The translations under genes and the position numbers were made by a program. This document shows, one piece after another, positions 63,893 through 64,000 of a stretch of 64,000 nt of DNA. The notes beneath the pieces are model-generated. The model was not told where the DNA came from. It did no database searches and was given only the letters and a program-made list of their open reading frames with translations. Location: positions 1-64,000 of the IMG/VR virus record IMGVR_UViG_3300042882_000732, one strand, 5' to 3'. Source of the stretch: an uncultured virus (IMG/VR IMGVR_UViG_3300042882_000732) (lineage: Duplodnaviria > Heunggongvirae > Uroviricota > Caudoviricetes). How positions within the stretch are numbered: position 1 is the first letter of the stretch; every line of letters begins with the position of its first letter.

Positions 63893-64000
63893 ATGGCAAC
63901 ATATAAAAGATGGAATCAGGAGGAGTTGGAGTTCATCAAAAATAATCAAAAGCTATTGAGTGATGAAGAGATGGCGGCAAAATTAGGTCAAATGACTGGT
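63893..64000 (+). CDS. Partial divergent gene, possible HTH DNA-binding protein
   Basis: MATYKRWNQEELEFIKNNQKLLSDEEMAAKLG (W-x-x-E-E pattern, Myb/HTH-like); AAAGGA RBS. Confidence 0.65.
   Translation, partial: MATYKRWNQEELEFIKNNQKLLSDEEMAAKLGQMTG

Noticed and set aside
1..64000. Stop-codon reassignment, tRNAs, introns or inteins
   Set aside because: Genes tile densely under the standard code, with TAA, TAG and TGA all used as stops. Intergenic gaps are short. No intein motifs were seen in terL, and no tRNA cloverleaf was noticed.

Overview
An AT-rich 64-kb segment of a large tailed dsDNA phage (Caudoviricetes). It looks siphovirus-like because no tail-sheath gene is recognisable here. Almost all genes lie on the minus strand, forming a late/morphogenesis region read right to left: sigma-70-like factor, a possible small terminase, GDP-mannose 4,6-dehydratase, HNH and ERCC4-type nucleases, large terminase, portal, protease/scaffold, decoration protein, major capsid protein, two paralogous connector cassettes flanking fibre genes and a sulfotransferase, neck proteins, three tandem tail-tube paralogues, chaperone-like genes, a 4950-aa tape-measure protein (TMP), and Cys-rich, Pro/Thr-rich, FN3 and FGE-fold tail-tip or adhesion proteins. 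The most striking element is the TMP. About 20 copies of a short [F/Y/L]-x-x-G-G motif and four DTVPAMLxPGEFV repeats divide it into modules. These modules carry motif signatures of a thermonuclease, a P-loop kinase, a HIGH-family nucleotidyltransferase, a PD-(D/E)xK-like nuclease, a VIP2-like ADP-ribosyltransferase, EF-hand-like loops and an HExxH metallopeptidase. I propose an injected, possibly GG-processed effector polyprotein. A GGTGTA motif 35-50 nt upstream of seven genes is the candidate late promoter. All calls come from reading motifs by eye; no searches were run.
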